Below, piece after piece: positions 17,454 to 26,118 of a DNA stretch of 64,000 bases (position 1 is its first letter; each line of letters begins with the position of its first letter). This DNA comes from a virus (taxonomy: Duplodnaviria > Caudoviricetes), in the IMG/VR virus record IMGVR_UViG_3300037067_001795, positions 1 through 64,000 of that record; one strand, written 5' to 3'. The translations under genes and the position numbers were made by a program. The notes under the pieces are model-generated. The model was not told the DNA's origin and searched no databases. It was given only the letters and a program-made list of their open reading frames with translations.

Positions 17454-17818
17454 ATATCCCAGTCAACCTTCTTGACTCTGGCGGCAGGATGCGGTATGTA
17501 AAGCCTACGGCACGGAGGCTGATGAGCGCAACGGATCAACGTCTGCTTGGCCACCGTACCACAGACCAAGAGTAGATCACAGGTCACTCGCTGTAGGTTG
17601 CCACTCAGCCACTCAGGGTTCGGTGCTCCGTGGCCCCTAGCATTGCCTACAGCCTCCTTGCAGGCGTTGGTGCACCATAGATCCTCGTGCCCTAGTAGCC
17701 AGTACAGGCGTCTGCCTGAGTGGTTGTCAGGATTGATACGAAACATTCCTGGAGCCTTGCCTTCGTAGCCCCAGAATGTGTCTAGCACAGCGACGCATCG
17801 TGCGTGACTGTAGCTCAT
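17420..17818 (-). CDS. UDG-superfamily-like protein
   Basis: SGRRLY, WCTNAC, LLLVCGTVA and PHPAAR resemble UDG-fold motifs. Confidence 0.5.
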   Translation of the reverse strand: MSYSHARCVAVLDTFWGYEGKAPGMFRINPDNHSGRRLYWLLGHEDLWCTNACKEAVGNARGHGAPNPEWLSGNLQRVTCDLLLVCGTVAKQTLIRCAHQPPCRRLYIPHPAARVKKVDWDMWRDIIQRGAH

Positions 17819-18057
17819 AGCTCTGGTCCTATTGTGACTGTGAATCGCTGACCGTCAAAGCCAACAATACACGGTGCAGTGATTATTGTCAGTACACCGT
17901 TCGCATAAGTCTGTGATGTAGGGATAGCCATAAGATAGGCTACTGCAAATTGCTCATCCTCGGTCAGTTTTGTGAGCTGACCCTGTGATCTATCTACGAC
18001 GCCTTGCACCGTTGCATAGCATCGTCTAAGAAGCTGCTCGTGGAGGTCTTCTATCAT
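17815..18057 (-). CDS. hypothetical protein
   Basis: 80-aa ORF with coupled start and stop. Confidence 0.55.
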   Translation of the reverse strand: MIEDLHEQLLRRCYATVQGVVDRSQGQLTKLTEDEQFAVAYLMAIPTSQTYANGVLTIITAPCIVGFDGQRFTVTIGPEL

Positions 18058-18221
18058 GGACCAGCCTCCCAGGCATCGTTAGCATGGGCCACGGTGTGAA
18101 AGAATACCTCACGTGCCGCTAGCATACCAACGACGGTGATGGCGATCGTTAGTACCATCACGCCGATACGGTACAGGATGGGGTGTATGTCTACTTGGTA
18201 GTGTCGTCTCAATCTGCCCAT
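18054..18221 (-). CDS. small single-TM protein
   Basis: MGRLRRHYQ...IGVMVLTIAITVVGMLAA; AGGAG 9 nt upstream of ATG 18221. Confidence 0.55.
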   Translation of the reverse strand: MGRLRRHYQVDIHPILYRIGVMVLTIAITVVGMLAAREVFFHTVAHANDAWEAGP

Positions 18222-18460
18222 GGTCTGCACTCCTGGCATGTGCAACCGTGTTGATGCCGAGCTGGTGGCGTAAGCTGTTTTACAATCGCCTTCGCTTCGT
18301 CCAGGGTCATGCACCCACGAATTCTGTTGACGCATTTACGACACACGTCACCACCCCGTGAAAGCATGTCTACCCAGCCTACTGGATACTTTTCGTCTGG
18401 GAGGCTGGTATGATCTCCACATATATCACACGTGTAGGTTGTTGTTGACGCTCTGCCCAT
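18209..18460 (-). CDS. Zn-finger hypothetical protein
   Basis: CDICG...CRKC...CTCQEC. Confidence 0.6.
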   Translation of the reverse strand: MGRASTTTYTCDICGDHTSLPDEKYPVGWVDMLSRGGDVCRKCVNRIRGCMTLDEAKAIVKQLTPPARHQHGCTCQECRPWAD

Positions 18461-18463
18461 AGC

Positions 18464-18673
18464 CTATCCCTCACTGATGTGAACGTGTAGTGCGTCCTCA
18501 GACTGGAGTACGCTGGCACGTAGGCCGCGCTTGATGGCAGCAGCACGTAGCTGGATCATCATGCAGTGGGTCATGCACTGGTAGTGCTTGCCCTTCCTGA
18601 GGGAAAAACTGTTGCGGCGGAACCACGTGTCCCAGGGATGCCGCGTGAGCTTGCGTTTCTTCTTGGCTGCCAC
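18464..18673 (-). CDS. small basic protein, first gene of the leftward operon
   Basis: GTG 18673 after AGGAG; (M)AAKKKRKLTRHPWDTWF. Confidence 0.6.
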   Translation of the reverse strand: MAAKKKRKLTRHPWDTWFRRNSFSLRKGKHYQCMTHCMMIQLRAAAIKRGLRASVLQSEDALHVHISEG

Positions 18674-18719
18674 GGTATGTACTCCTACGTGAGCATTCGT
18701 TTGATCGTAATCCGCCAAC

Positions 18720-18903
18720 GCAACCTATTATAAATAGGCGTTTTGTGGGCCGCTACAAAATTTTTTGCTGGGGCTTTACAAGCCGTGCCTTGCACGCTAT
18801 ACTGATGGTGGCGAAATATACTTACGTAATATACTATACTATGGTATACTACTAAGTTAGGGCAAGGCGCTATTTACTTTTGGCTGTGCAACCCTTATAA
18901 ATA
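18720..18903. promoter_or_regulatory. central divergent promoter region
   Basis: Minus-strand TATAAT in GCAACCTATTATAAAT (18720); plus-strand TTTACA(18775)-N17-TATACT and TTTACT(18873)-N17-TATAAA; five TATACT copies in 18798-18850. Confidence 0.7.
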
Positions 18904-18961
18904 GCGGCGTGGGTGACTGGTACGTCGCCTGAGAACTGGCTAAACCTAGAGGAGTACGATC

Positions 18962-20482
18962 ATGACTGTTGAGACTCGCAAGGTGCTCTACAAGGAACCG
19001 TCTGGGGAGATCAAGGAGATCACGGTAGCGTTTGCTAAGAAGCTGTTGGGTTGGCTGCCTGAGGGAGAGGGTGCTTCCAAGTTCGGTGTCAACTACTTGG
19101 TGCGTGACACGAAGGGCGTCAAGGTACGTTGCACCAACAACGTGAACAATCGTCCGCTCTACGGTAGTGTGGTGGCTACGCTGGAGCAAGAGATCCTTCG
19201 CAAGCGTTGGCGGTTCAACGGTGAGCCCATCATCGTGGGCAAGACCGGTACGTTGCTGAATGGACAGCATCAGCTTGTAGCCTTGGTACTGGCTGGTGAG
19301 GAGTGGGATGCCGACAAGGACAAGTGGGCTGAGTACTGGGCCACGGAGCCTACCATCTTCAAGTCCATCACGTACGGTGTGGAAGAGGACGACGAAACGG
19401 TCAACACGATGGATACGTGCAAGCCGCGCACCTTGGTGGATGTCCTCTACCGTAGCGAGTACCTAGCAGGAGCACCAGCACGCAAGCGGCGGATCATAGC
19501 CCGTATGGCTGACCATGCTATCCGGCTCCTGTGGGAACGCACTGGTGCCGTGCTGGATGCCTTTGCTCCTCGGCGTACACACGCAGAAGCTACGGCGTTC
19601 CTTGGTGCTCACGCGAAGCTGCTGCACTGCCTCAACTTCGTATACGAGGAGGATGACGACAAGGGTCAGATCCAGAAGTACACGACTCTGGGATACACGA
19701 GCGCTCTAATGTACCTGTTTGCTACATCGGCAACTGACCCCGTCTCGTATCAAGAAGCAGCCGTTCCGGGTGATGCCCAGTGTGACTTCAGCATGATGGG
19801 GATGGCCGAGAACTTCATCGTCTGGCTGGCTGATGGTTCCGAGGATGGAACGAAGCAATTGGTCAAGGCGTTCGCCAAACTCCACGAAGAGGGCGGCAAC
19901 CGCACGGAGGAGGCATCGTTGCTCGTCAAGGCATGGGGCTGCTACTCCACGGACGAGGGGGTGACGGCAGCCTCGCTCAAGCTGAACTACACCGTGAACG
20001 ACGATGGCTTCCGCAAGCTGGCCGATCTGCCCATCGTAGGGGGCATTGACATCGGTGATCCGAAAGCACCTGCTGACTCCATAGAGGCTCGTGTGGACAA
20101 GCCTTCCCTCAGGAACGGTACCGAGAAGCGTGCCGCTGAGGTAACCGCCAAGCGCAACGGCGACAAGCCTACCACTCCCAAGGTGAAAGCACCGGCTCCT
20201 CCAGCAGAGCCAAAGTCTGCGATGGGCAAGGCACTCGCTGCAGCCACCACACCCAAGAAGACCACACCCCCTAAGCCAAAGAAGAAGGAAGCTGCTCTCG
20301 TGGGCAAGCTGATGTGGGTCAAGCCCGTTCGCCCCAACGAGGAGCCGTGGCGTGGTAAGGTCAAGGACGTCCAAGGCGGCACAGCCTACCTGATCATCAG
20401 CCAAGGGTTCCGCGGCGCAGGCAATACCGCCGCAGCCCCGGTCACAGCCCTGTCGCCTACGCAGCCCACGGTTGCCGTGTAG
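18962..20482 (+). CDS. ParB/Srx-like N-domain protein with a Lys/Pro linker and KOW-like C-terminus
   Basis: NNRPL...WRFNGEPII...LLNGQHQLVAL. Confidence 0.65.
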   Translation: MTVETRKVLYKEPSGEIKEITVAFAKKLLGWLPEGEGASKFGVNYLVRDTKGVKVRCTNNVNNRPLYGSVVATLEQEILRKRWRFNGEPIIVGKTGTLLNGQHQLVALVLAGEEWDADKDKWAEYWATEPTIFKSITYGVEEDDETVNTMDTCKPRTLVDVLYRSEYLAGAPARKRRIIARMADHAIRLLWERTGAVLDAFAPRRTHAEATAFLGAHAKLLHCLNFVYEEDDDKGQIQKYTTLGYTSALMYLFATSATDPVSYQEAAVPGDAQCDFSMMGMAENFIVWLADGSEDGTKQLVKAFAKLHEEGGNRTEEASLLVKAWGCYSTDEGVTAASLKLNYTVNDDGFRKLADLPIVGGIDIGDPKAPADSIEARVDKPSLRNGTEKRAAEVTAKRNGDKPTTPKVKAPAPPAEPKSAMGKALAAATTPKKTTPPKPKKKEAALVGKLMWVKPVRPNEEPWRGKVKDVQGGTAYLIISQGFRGAGNTAAAPVTALSPTQPTVAV

Positions 20483-20520
20483 CCCCCTTTGCCAAGCTGG
20501 CCAGCCCGTAAAACCCTGCA

Positions 20521-20546
20521 ACCCTCCCTAACAGGAGGGTTTTTTC
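20521..20546 (+). terminator. intrinsic terminator
   Basis: ACCCTCC-CTAACA-GGAGGGT-TTTTT. Confidence 0.8.
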
Positions 20547-20622
20547 GTAGGCGCAACCCTTATAAATACCAAGGACTTACGACTACTTTCCAAAATCCGT
20601 GGCAAATAGCCGTCCCCGGCTA

Positions 20623-20650
20623 TTTACTTTGGCCGATAACCTACTATACT
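20623..20650 (+). promoter_or_regulatory. early promoter candidate
   Basis: TTTACT-N16-TATACT; the flank GCTATTTACTTT is shared with the 18873 promoter. Confidence 0.6.
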
Positions 20651-20679
20651 GAGGGTGTAGTGAGTTTGGTCCTTGACAA

Positions 20680-20945
20680 CTTGAACGGCGAACCTTCCGG
20701 GTGCCCCGGTGATGAATTGTGGCCCGCTCGGATCGGTTCCCCCCGCCTACGCAAGTAGAGGGAATCCAACCAAGAGCGACCGGTAAGGTAACAGCAGCCA
20801 ACCGCGAGGACCTATGACCCACCTAGTCTGGTAGGCCTCGCCAGTGGAGCCCGTTGCAATCGCCTATGACCCGTCTAGTACGGCAGGCTTGTGCAAGCCA
20901 GTCGCTCACCCTTATGGGTCGCTAGGCTTGGCAGCCTAGCTTTGA
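20680..20945 (+). ncRNA. candidate structured RNA / long leader
   Basis: CTAC-GCAA-GTAG, CC-GCGA-GG, ACC-GGTAA-GGT and GCTAGGCT-TGGC-AGCCTAGC hairpins; long-range GAGCGAC/GTCGCTC pair; no credible ORF. Confidence 0.4.
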
Positions 20946-20978
20946 AGAGGTGCCACGAAACCCTACTGGAGCAATACG

Positions 20979-21275
20979 ATGGCTGACATGACCAAGATCC
21001 TGCGCAAACTTCAAGACGGTCTTACTGTTGCAGACTTGATTGACGAGCTGCGAAACTACGATGAGAACGCCTTGGTTCTGTTCGCCTGTGACTACGGCGA
21101 CCACTGCCACACACAACAGGCCCTTCCCATCAGAACCGTTGACGAGTACCACCTCGGCGTTCTTGAAGAATCCGCCTATTCTCACTCTGGCGTGTCGTTC
21201 CGCGAACCTGATGAACGCGACGAGGATTGCCCCGACATGGACCGTTCCGTGATCATCCTTGAAGCCAGCCGGTAG
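20979..21275 (+). CDS. early hypothetical protein
   Basis: GGAG RBS; LTVADLIDELRNYDENALV pattern. Confidence 0.7.
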   Translation: MADMTKILRKLQDGLTVADLIDELRNYDENALVLFACDYGDHCHTQQALPIRTVDEYHLGVLEESAYSHSGVSFREPDERDEDCPDMDRSVIILEASR

Positions 21276-21285
21276 GAGCAACACC

Positions 21286-21531
21286 GTGACAACGCTCAGA
21301 CGCCAGTGGGTCATCAACAAGATGGTCCCGTGCAACTGCGGATGCCATGGCCAAGACCCGTGGCACAAGAGCAACTACCGTCGCTTAGTCAACCAGACCA
21401 GCGACACCGAGGGGTGGGTCAAGATGCCCTACTCCACCAAGCCCGTGCGTGTTACTCGACGGGCCTACGACGCAACCCACTTTGGTCCGTGGATCGTGGA
21501 CCGTGACAGCATCACCTGGGACAAGGGGTAA
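21286..21531 (+). CDS. early hypothetical protein
   Basis: GTG 21286 after AGGAG; CNCGCHG motif. Confidence 0.6.
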   Translation: MTTLRRQWVINKMVPCNCGCHGQDPWHKSNYRRLVNQTSDTEGWVKMPYSTKPVRVTRRAYDATHFGPWIVDRDSITWDKG

Positions 21532-21535
21532 TACC

Positions 21536-21943
21536 ATGGCACGAACGAAAGTTGGCAACGGTTACGTGTCCAAGAACCACGAAGGCTACACGGTCTTCAC
21601 GTCCAAGACTGGCAGCCCAGTCGGCAGCATCGCCAAGGGACTTGCGAACGCATACGCCTTTCGCTTGTTCGGCTGCTACGGCTGGCATCAGTCCACCACA
21701 CGAGCCGAGGCCGTCAATGCCTTGTTGGACCACGTTCGCTCGCTCAAGCGTGCCAAGGCGTACCGCAAGGCTCACGCCAAGTGCCTGTGTCGCGAACCCA
21801 AGCGGCACCGCGACTGCATGTATTGCGGAAGCGGGTACTGGGGCGAGGTGGTCTGCGGCGTCTGCAAGGAGCAGGGCATCGACGGCAAGGTGATCCGGGG
21901 CACCGAGCGGAGGGTGTGTTCCAAGCATAAGGCCAGCCAATGA
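21536..21943 (+). CDS. early protein with a C-terminal Zn finger
   Basis: MARTKVG start; CMYCGSG...CGVCK. Confidence 0.6.
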   Translation: MARTKVGNGYVSKNHEGYTVFTSKTGSPVGSIAKGLANAYAFRLFGCYGWHQSTTRAEAVNALLDHVRSLKRAKAYRKAHAKCLCREPKRHRDCMYCGSGYWGEVVCGVCKEQGIDGKVIRGTERRVCSKHKASQ

Positions 21944-22155
21944 AATCCAAGCACATCACAACCAAGGAAGCCGCAGCGATCATAGGGTGCAACGCTCGCC
22001 ACGTACGCTCTATGATCGCTGACGGTACACTGCCTGCCACTCGCCATGATATGCCGGGTGGCTATTACTACACCGTCGTAGAGGACCACGCTGTAGCCCT
22101 CCGCAACACCAAACAATCCAAGGGATGGCCGCGTGGCGTATCCCGCAACCAGTGA
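21940..22155 (+). CDS. MerR/excisionase-type HTH protein
   Basis: ITTKEAAAIIGCNARHVRSMIADGTLPA. Confidence 0.8.
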   Translation: MKSKHITTKEAAAIIGCNARHVRSMIADGTLPATRHDMPGGYYYTVVEDHAVALRNTKQSKGWPRGVSRNQ

Positions 22156-22184
22156 TCACACCACACACTACCAGGAGCAAACCG

Positions 22185-24089
22185 ATGAAGAAGAACGAAA
22201 TCAAAGTCAAGGGCCTCTACCGTGCCAAGGTCAGCGGCAATCTGGTCACCGTTCGCGTGGACGCCATCCGCGAGCGTTACAACTCGCTGACCAAGAAGGA
22301 AACCACGGTCTACGACGTGACGAACCTCACCACCAAACGCAAGACCACATTCCTGTCTGCCATGCGTTTCCGTGGGCCTGCTGCCATCAACGACCCTGCT
22401 CGCAAGCCCGTGGGCAAGCCGTTGGTTGAGGTGCTGGCGGAAGAGAAGCCTGTCAAGACTGCCCGCAAGCCCAAGATGGTGGTCGTGGAAGAGGTTGTTG
22501 CAGAGCCTGTGACGAAGACCTGTGGTGACAAGCAAGCTACGCTGGCCGACAAGCTGCGGCAACGCAAAGACACGGGTGTGGACAAGGCCCCCCACGTGAT
22601 CGTGGAAGCCCGTGCCGGTACGGGCAAGACCACCACGCTCGTTGAGGGCCTGAAGCTACTCCGTGGCTTCGACACTGTGCTGAAGCCATCGCCCCAGCAG
22701 CAAGCCGTGTGGGATGCGATCGGTCTCAGCAAGGATAAGGCGAACAGCGTGTGCTTCGTAGCGTTCAACAAGGACATTGCCGCTGAGCTGAAGCGACGCG
22801 TGCCGCAAGGCTGCGACGCCATGACGATGCACGGTATGGGCTTCCGCGCCGTAGCCCGTCGCTTTGAACAGGGTGGTCGCCGCCTGGAAGTCAACGACCG
22901 TCGCGTGGACGCCATCATTGCGGAGCTGATGGATATGCCTCTCAAGGATCTGCGGTGGAAGGAGCCCCTTCTGCTGAAGGCCACGGTCCAACTGGTCAGC
23001 CTGTGCAAGATCAACTTGGTTTGCCCCGCTGATGCCAGCCTGGACGAGTTGGCAGCCTACTATGACGTAGACTGCAACGGTGACCGCCTCCGCGTCTACG
23101 ACATGGTAGCCCGCGTGCTGGAGCAGTGCAAGCGGGTGGACCTGGACAACACGATCGACTACGACGACATGATCTGGTTGCCGGTTGCGTTGGGTCTAAA
23201 CACCTACATCTACGATTTGCTTCTAGTCGACGAAGCGCAAGATCTATCTCGTTGCCAGCAAGCCCTAGCCAAGAAGTGTGGTCGCCGCCTGATCCTGTGT
23301 GGAGACCCCAAGCAAGCCATCTACGGCTTCGCTGGTGCCGACGCCGAGAGCATGCCACGCATGGAACGCGAGCTGGCTGCTACGGAGCGTGGGTGCATCC
23401 ACCTGCCCCTCACGGTTACCCGTCGCTGCGGCAAGGCCATCGTTGCTGCGGCTCAGCGGTACGTGCCTGACTTTGAGGCCCACGAGTCCAACAGTGTGGG
23501 CATCGTGAGCAACAACACGCTCGTGGGCTACCGTACCAAGGTGGCCGACGGCGATATGGTATTGTGCCGCACCAACGGTCCGCTCGTGTCCGAGTGCTTC
23601 AAGTTCCTTGCACAGGACCGCAAGGCCACCATCCAGGGACGCAACATCGGTAAGGGCCTGATCACCACAGTGGAACGGCTGAAGGCCACCACCATCATCG
23701 AGTTGATCGACAAGCTGGCTGCGTGGGAAGAGGTGGAGCGTGCCAAGGAAGAAGCCAAGAAGAATCCCAGCGAGGTGAAGCTGCAGAACATTACCGACAA
23801 GGTGGACTGCCTGCACGCCTTCATCAACAGCGGTGACATCAAGTCCGTAAACGACCTGATCACCAAGATCAACAGCATCTTCACGGACAACGCTGACGTA
23901 CAAGGTATTCGCCTCAGCAGCATCCACAAGGCCAAGGGCCTGGAGGCCGAGCGAGTCTTCTTCATCAACAACAAAGATGCACCGTGCCCCCATCCCATGG
24001 CCAAGACTGCATGGGCCAGAGAACAAGAATCTAACCTCCTATATGTGGGAATTACACGTGCCAGAGCCGAGCTGGTTTTCGTTGCGTGA
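22185..24089 (+). CDS. UvrD/Rep-like SF1 helicase with an N-terminal extension
   Basis: ARAGTGKTTT, AFNKDIA, VDEAQD, GDPKQAIYGFAGA, SIHKAKGLEA, YVGITRAR; AGGAG then ATG 22185. Confidence 0.92.
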   Translation: MKKNEIKVKGLYRAKVSGNLVTVRVDAIRERYNSLTKKETTVYDVTNLTTKRKTTFLSAMRFRGPAAINDPARKPVGKPLVEVLAEEKPVKTARKPKMVVVEEVVAEPVTKTCGDKQATLADKLRQRKDTGVDKAPHVIVEARAGTGKTTTLVEGLKLLRGFDTVLKPSPQQQAVWDAIGLSKDKANSVCFVAFNKDIAAELKRRVPQGCDAMTMHGMGFRAVARRFEQGGRRLEVNDRRVDAIIAELMDMPLKDLRWKEPLLLKATVQLVSLCKINLVCPADASLDELAAYYDVDCNGDRLRVYDMVARVLEQCKRVDLDNTIDYDDMIWLPVALGLNTYIYDLLLVDEAQDLSRCQQALAKKCGRRLILCGDPKQAIYGFAGADAESMPRMERELAATERGCIHLPLTVTRRCGKAIVAAAQRYVPDFEAHESNSVGIVSNNTLVGYRTKVADGDMVLCRTNGPLVSECFKFLAQDRKATIQGRNIGKGLITTVERLKATTIIELIDKLAAWEEVERAKEEAKKNPSEVKLQNITDKVDCLHAFINSGDIKSVNDLITKINSIFTDNADVQGIRLSSIHKAKGLEAERVFFINNKDAPCPHPMAKTAWAREQESNLLYVGITRARAELVFVA

Positions 24090-24253
24090 TTAGTAACTAC
24101 TACGAACCGAGGGGCGGACCACCACGCCCCCCACCACACTACCAAGGACAACTACAATGGAACGATGGATCATCGAGGGCCTGAAGGTTATGGCTGCGTT
24201 CTGTGCAGGAGCCGCCTTCAGTGCTTGGCTGTACGGTTAGGAGCCACCCTATA

Positions 24254-24559
24254 ATGAGCGAACCACTCAGCGTCCAGTGCCCCACGTGCCTACGGTGGCA
24301 CGTAGATCAAGGTAGGCGGCAGACGTGCCGGTACTGCGGTCTACAACCACTGCCCAGTTTCAGTTACAGCTACGGCAGTGTTTTCTACCCTGTGATAGGA
24401 AAGGATCCAGCAGATGACGAAGCTAAGAGACTCAGACATAAGATCCGTGATCGTCTGGCTCCGGAACCTACGCAAGCAGTACGGGTGGCGGCAATCACTG
24501 CGAAGCTTGAAGAAAGCCGCCGGAGAGCAGGATCGCGTGGCCGTCGTCCTGCTCAATGA
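24254..24559 (+). CDS. Zn-finger hypothetical protein
   Basis: CPTC...CRYCG; its 3' end overlaps the 24414..24650 ORF. Confidence 0.45.
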   Translation: MSEPLSVQCPTCLRWHVDQGRRQTCRYCGLQPLPSFSYSYGSVFYPVIGKDPADDEAKRLRHKIRDRLAPEPTQAVRVAAITAKLEESRRRAGSRGRRPAQ

Positions 24560-24650
24560 CTACACCCACCTCGTAGACAACGGCCTTTCACCCTACCAAG
24601 CGATTCACACCGTGTTGGCATCGTGCTGCACGGACAAGCGACCCTCGTAA
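24414..24650 (+). CDS. hypothetical protein
   Basis: 78-aa ORF in early-operon orientation. Confidence 0.45.
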   Translation: MTKLRDSDIRSVIVWLRNLRKQYGWRQSLRSLKKAAGEQDRVAVVLLNDYTHLVDNGLSPYQAIHTVLASCCTDKRPS

Positions 24651-24665
24651 CCTAGGAGCTACGTC

Positions 24666-24863
24666 ATGAGTTTGAAAAGCTGCGTCGTCGACAAGAAGGC
24701 CAAGACCATCACCATCGTCATGGACTTGGAAGACCCGAAGCCCTCATCCAGTGGCAAGACCCTCGTGGTAGCTAGTACCCACGGGAACACCCCCACGGCT
24801 GCCGTCGTGGATGGCAAGCCCCTCGTGGTCGGCCTCAACGCCTACATCAAGGCTGCTGGCTAG
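24666..24863 (+). CDS. small conserved beta-rich phage protein
   Basis: SSSGKTLVVASTHGN...VGLNAY; AGGAG RBS. Confidence 0.75.
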   Translation: MSLKSCVVDKKAKTITIVMDLEDPKPSSSGKTLVVASTHGNTPTAAVVDGKPLVVGLNAYIKAAG

Positions 24864-24895
24864 CCTACGGCTGCCGTGTCTGCCACAGCTCCCAC

Positions 24896-24930
24896 GCCCT
24901 ACTCGGCTCACGCTGGGTAGGGCATTTTTT
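24896..24930 (+). terminator. intrinsic terminator ending the early region
   Basis: GCCCTACTC...GGGTAGGGC-ATTTTTT. Confidence 0.7.
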
Positions 24931-25148
24931 GTTGGTATTAAGATAGTTAAGATGGGTAAGCTGGGGCGTACCGTTTTTAAGGCCCCTGGGGGCTCTGTTT
25001 ACGCGGGGGTAGGCCCTAGGCGTAGTTTGGGGCCAACCTAGGCCCTGTAAGCGGCAAATGGCCGACCCTGCCACGCCACAGGCCCCTCCCGCCCCTCGGC
25101 TACCGGGAGCAAGCGGTAGCCAAGGGTGCTAGGTGCTGCCTGGGGCAC

Positions 25149-26117
25149 CTAGGAGGGGGGTAACAAGGTAAGCAGGGCACGGCAGGCGTTGTCCACATCA
25201 TCCTCCGTCATGGTCTCGGTCACGGGTAAGTAGAACACACTACGGCTGAGGCGGAAGGCCATAGTGTTCTGCCGGTTGAAGTATTCGGGTTGCTCGGTCA
25301 TGGGCCTGAAGCCGCACCGTGCCTGGATGCCAGCCTCGTTCAGCTCGCGGACGATGTGATGCTGCATGGACAAGGTCATACCTGGTACATTCACATCATA
25401 GACCCACACAGACTCTCGCTGGGGCATGTGCCAGGGTCTAGGGATGCGAGCGTCGTACCAGCCCTCCACGAACTTGCGGTGTCGCAGATTGGCTTCCATG
25501 TGCAACAGGCTGTCTATGATCGGTGTGGCCAACAAGTCGGCGAGCCGGTAGTTGTGCCCACGTGGTCTATGGACAAAGTCGTGGTCTGGTGTGAAACCTA
25601 GACACCGTAGCTGACGGGCGAATACTGCCTTGGCTGCGTCACGGAAGTAGACTGCGCCACCCTCTTCGCCGTGGACCACCTTGTTACGGTAGAAGCTCCA
25701 ACAGGCTGCGTCGGTGTGTGGATGTGGCTTGGTACCGTGCAGCTCTGCCATATCCTCTACGATATACATACCGTGTGCATCTAGGGCAGAGAGAGCGTCC
25801 ATGTTGCAACGGCGACCGTAGATGTGCACAGCCATGAGAGCCTGCGCGTGTGTGGCCAAGCGATGGGCTCGTAGTGGTGCTATGAGTAGATCACGGTCAC
25901 AGTCCACGAAGACGGGCGTGTGGCCTGCCAGGGTTACGGCTCTAGCACATGCAACCATCGTGTAGTCGGGTACCAACACGTTGGAGCCACGCTGTAGGCC
26001 ACTGGCTTCTAGGGCAAGATGGAGGGCTGCGGTACCGCTACTGCAAGCTACCACGTTATCGGGTGAGCAGCCTAACCAGTCGGCCAACTTGTGTTCTAAG
26101 ACTTGGTGGGCTTGCAT
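25149..26117 (-). CDS. DegT/DnrJ/EryC1/StrS sugar aminotransferase
   Basis: CSSGTAALHLAL, PVFVDCD, VHIYG, IVEDMAE, SFYRNK (PLP Lys). Confidence 0.92.
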   Translation of the reverse strand: MQAHQVLEHKLADWLGCSPDNVVACSSGTAALHLALEASGLQRGSNVLVPDYTMVACARAVTLAGHTPVFVDCDRDLLIAPLRAHRLATHAQALMAVHIYGRRCNMDALSALDAHGMYIVEDMAELHGTKPHPHTDAACWSFYRNKVVHGEEGGAVYFRDAAKAVFARQLRCLGFTPDHDFVHRPRGHNYRLADLLATPIIDSLLHMEANLRHRKFVEGWYDARIPRPWHMPQRESVWVYDVNVPGMTLSMQHHIVRELNEAGIQARCGFRPMTEQPEYFNRQNTMAFRLSRSVFYLPVTETMTEDDVDNACRALLTLLPPS

Positions 26118-26118
26118 A

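Noticed and set aside
19706-20521. Long antisense ORFs such as 3459..4037, 19706..20521, 23265..24026, 52656..53621, 54251..55039 and 60382..61347
   Set aside because: Shadow frames of GC3-rich genes with no motifs or RBS. Unlike 58288..58968 they show no recognisable domain.
20561-20568. T4-type late promoters (TATAAATA at 18729, 18896, 20561)
   Set aside because: They lie before early rather than structural genes, and no sigma-factor gene was seen; treated as part of the GCAACC motif.
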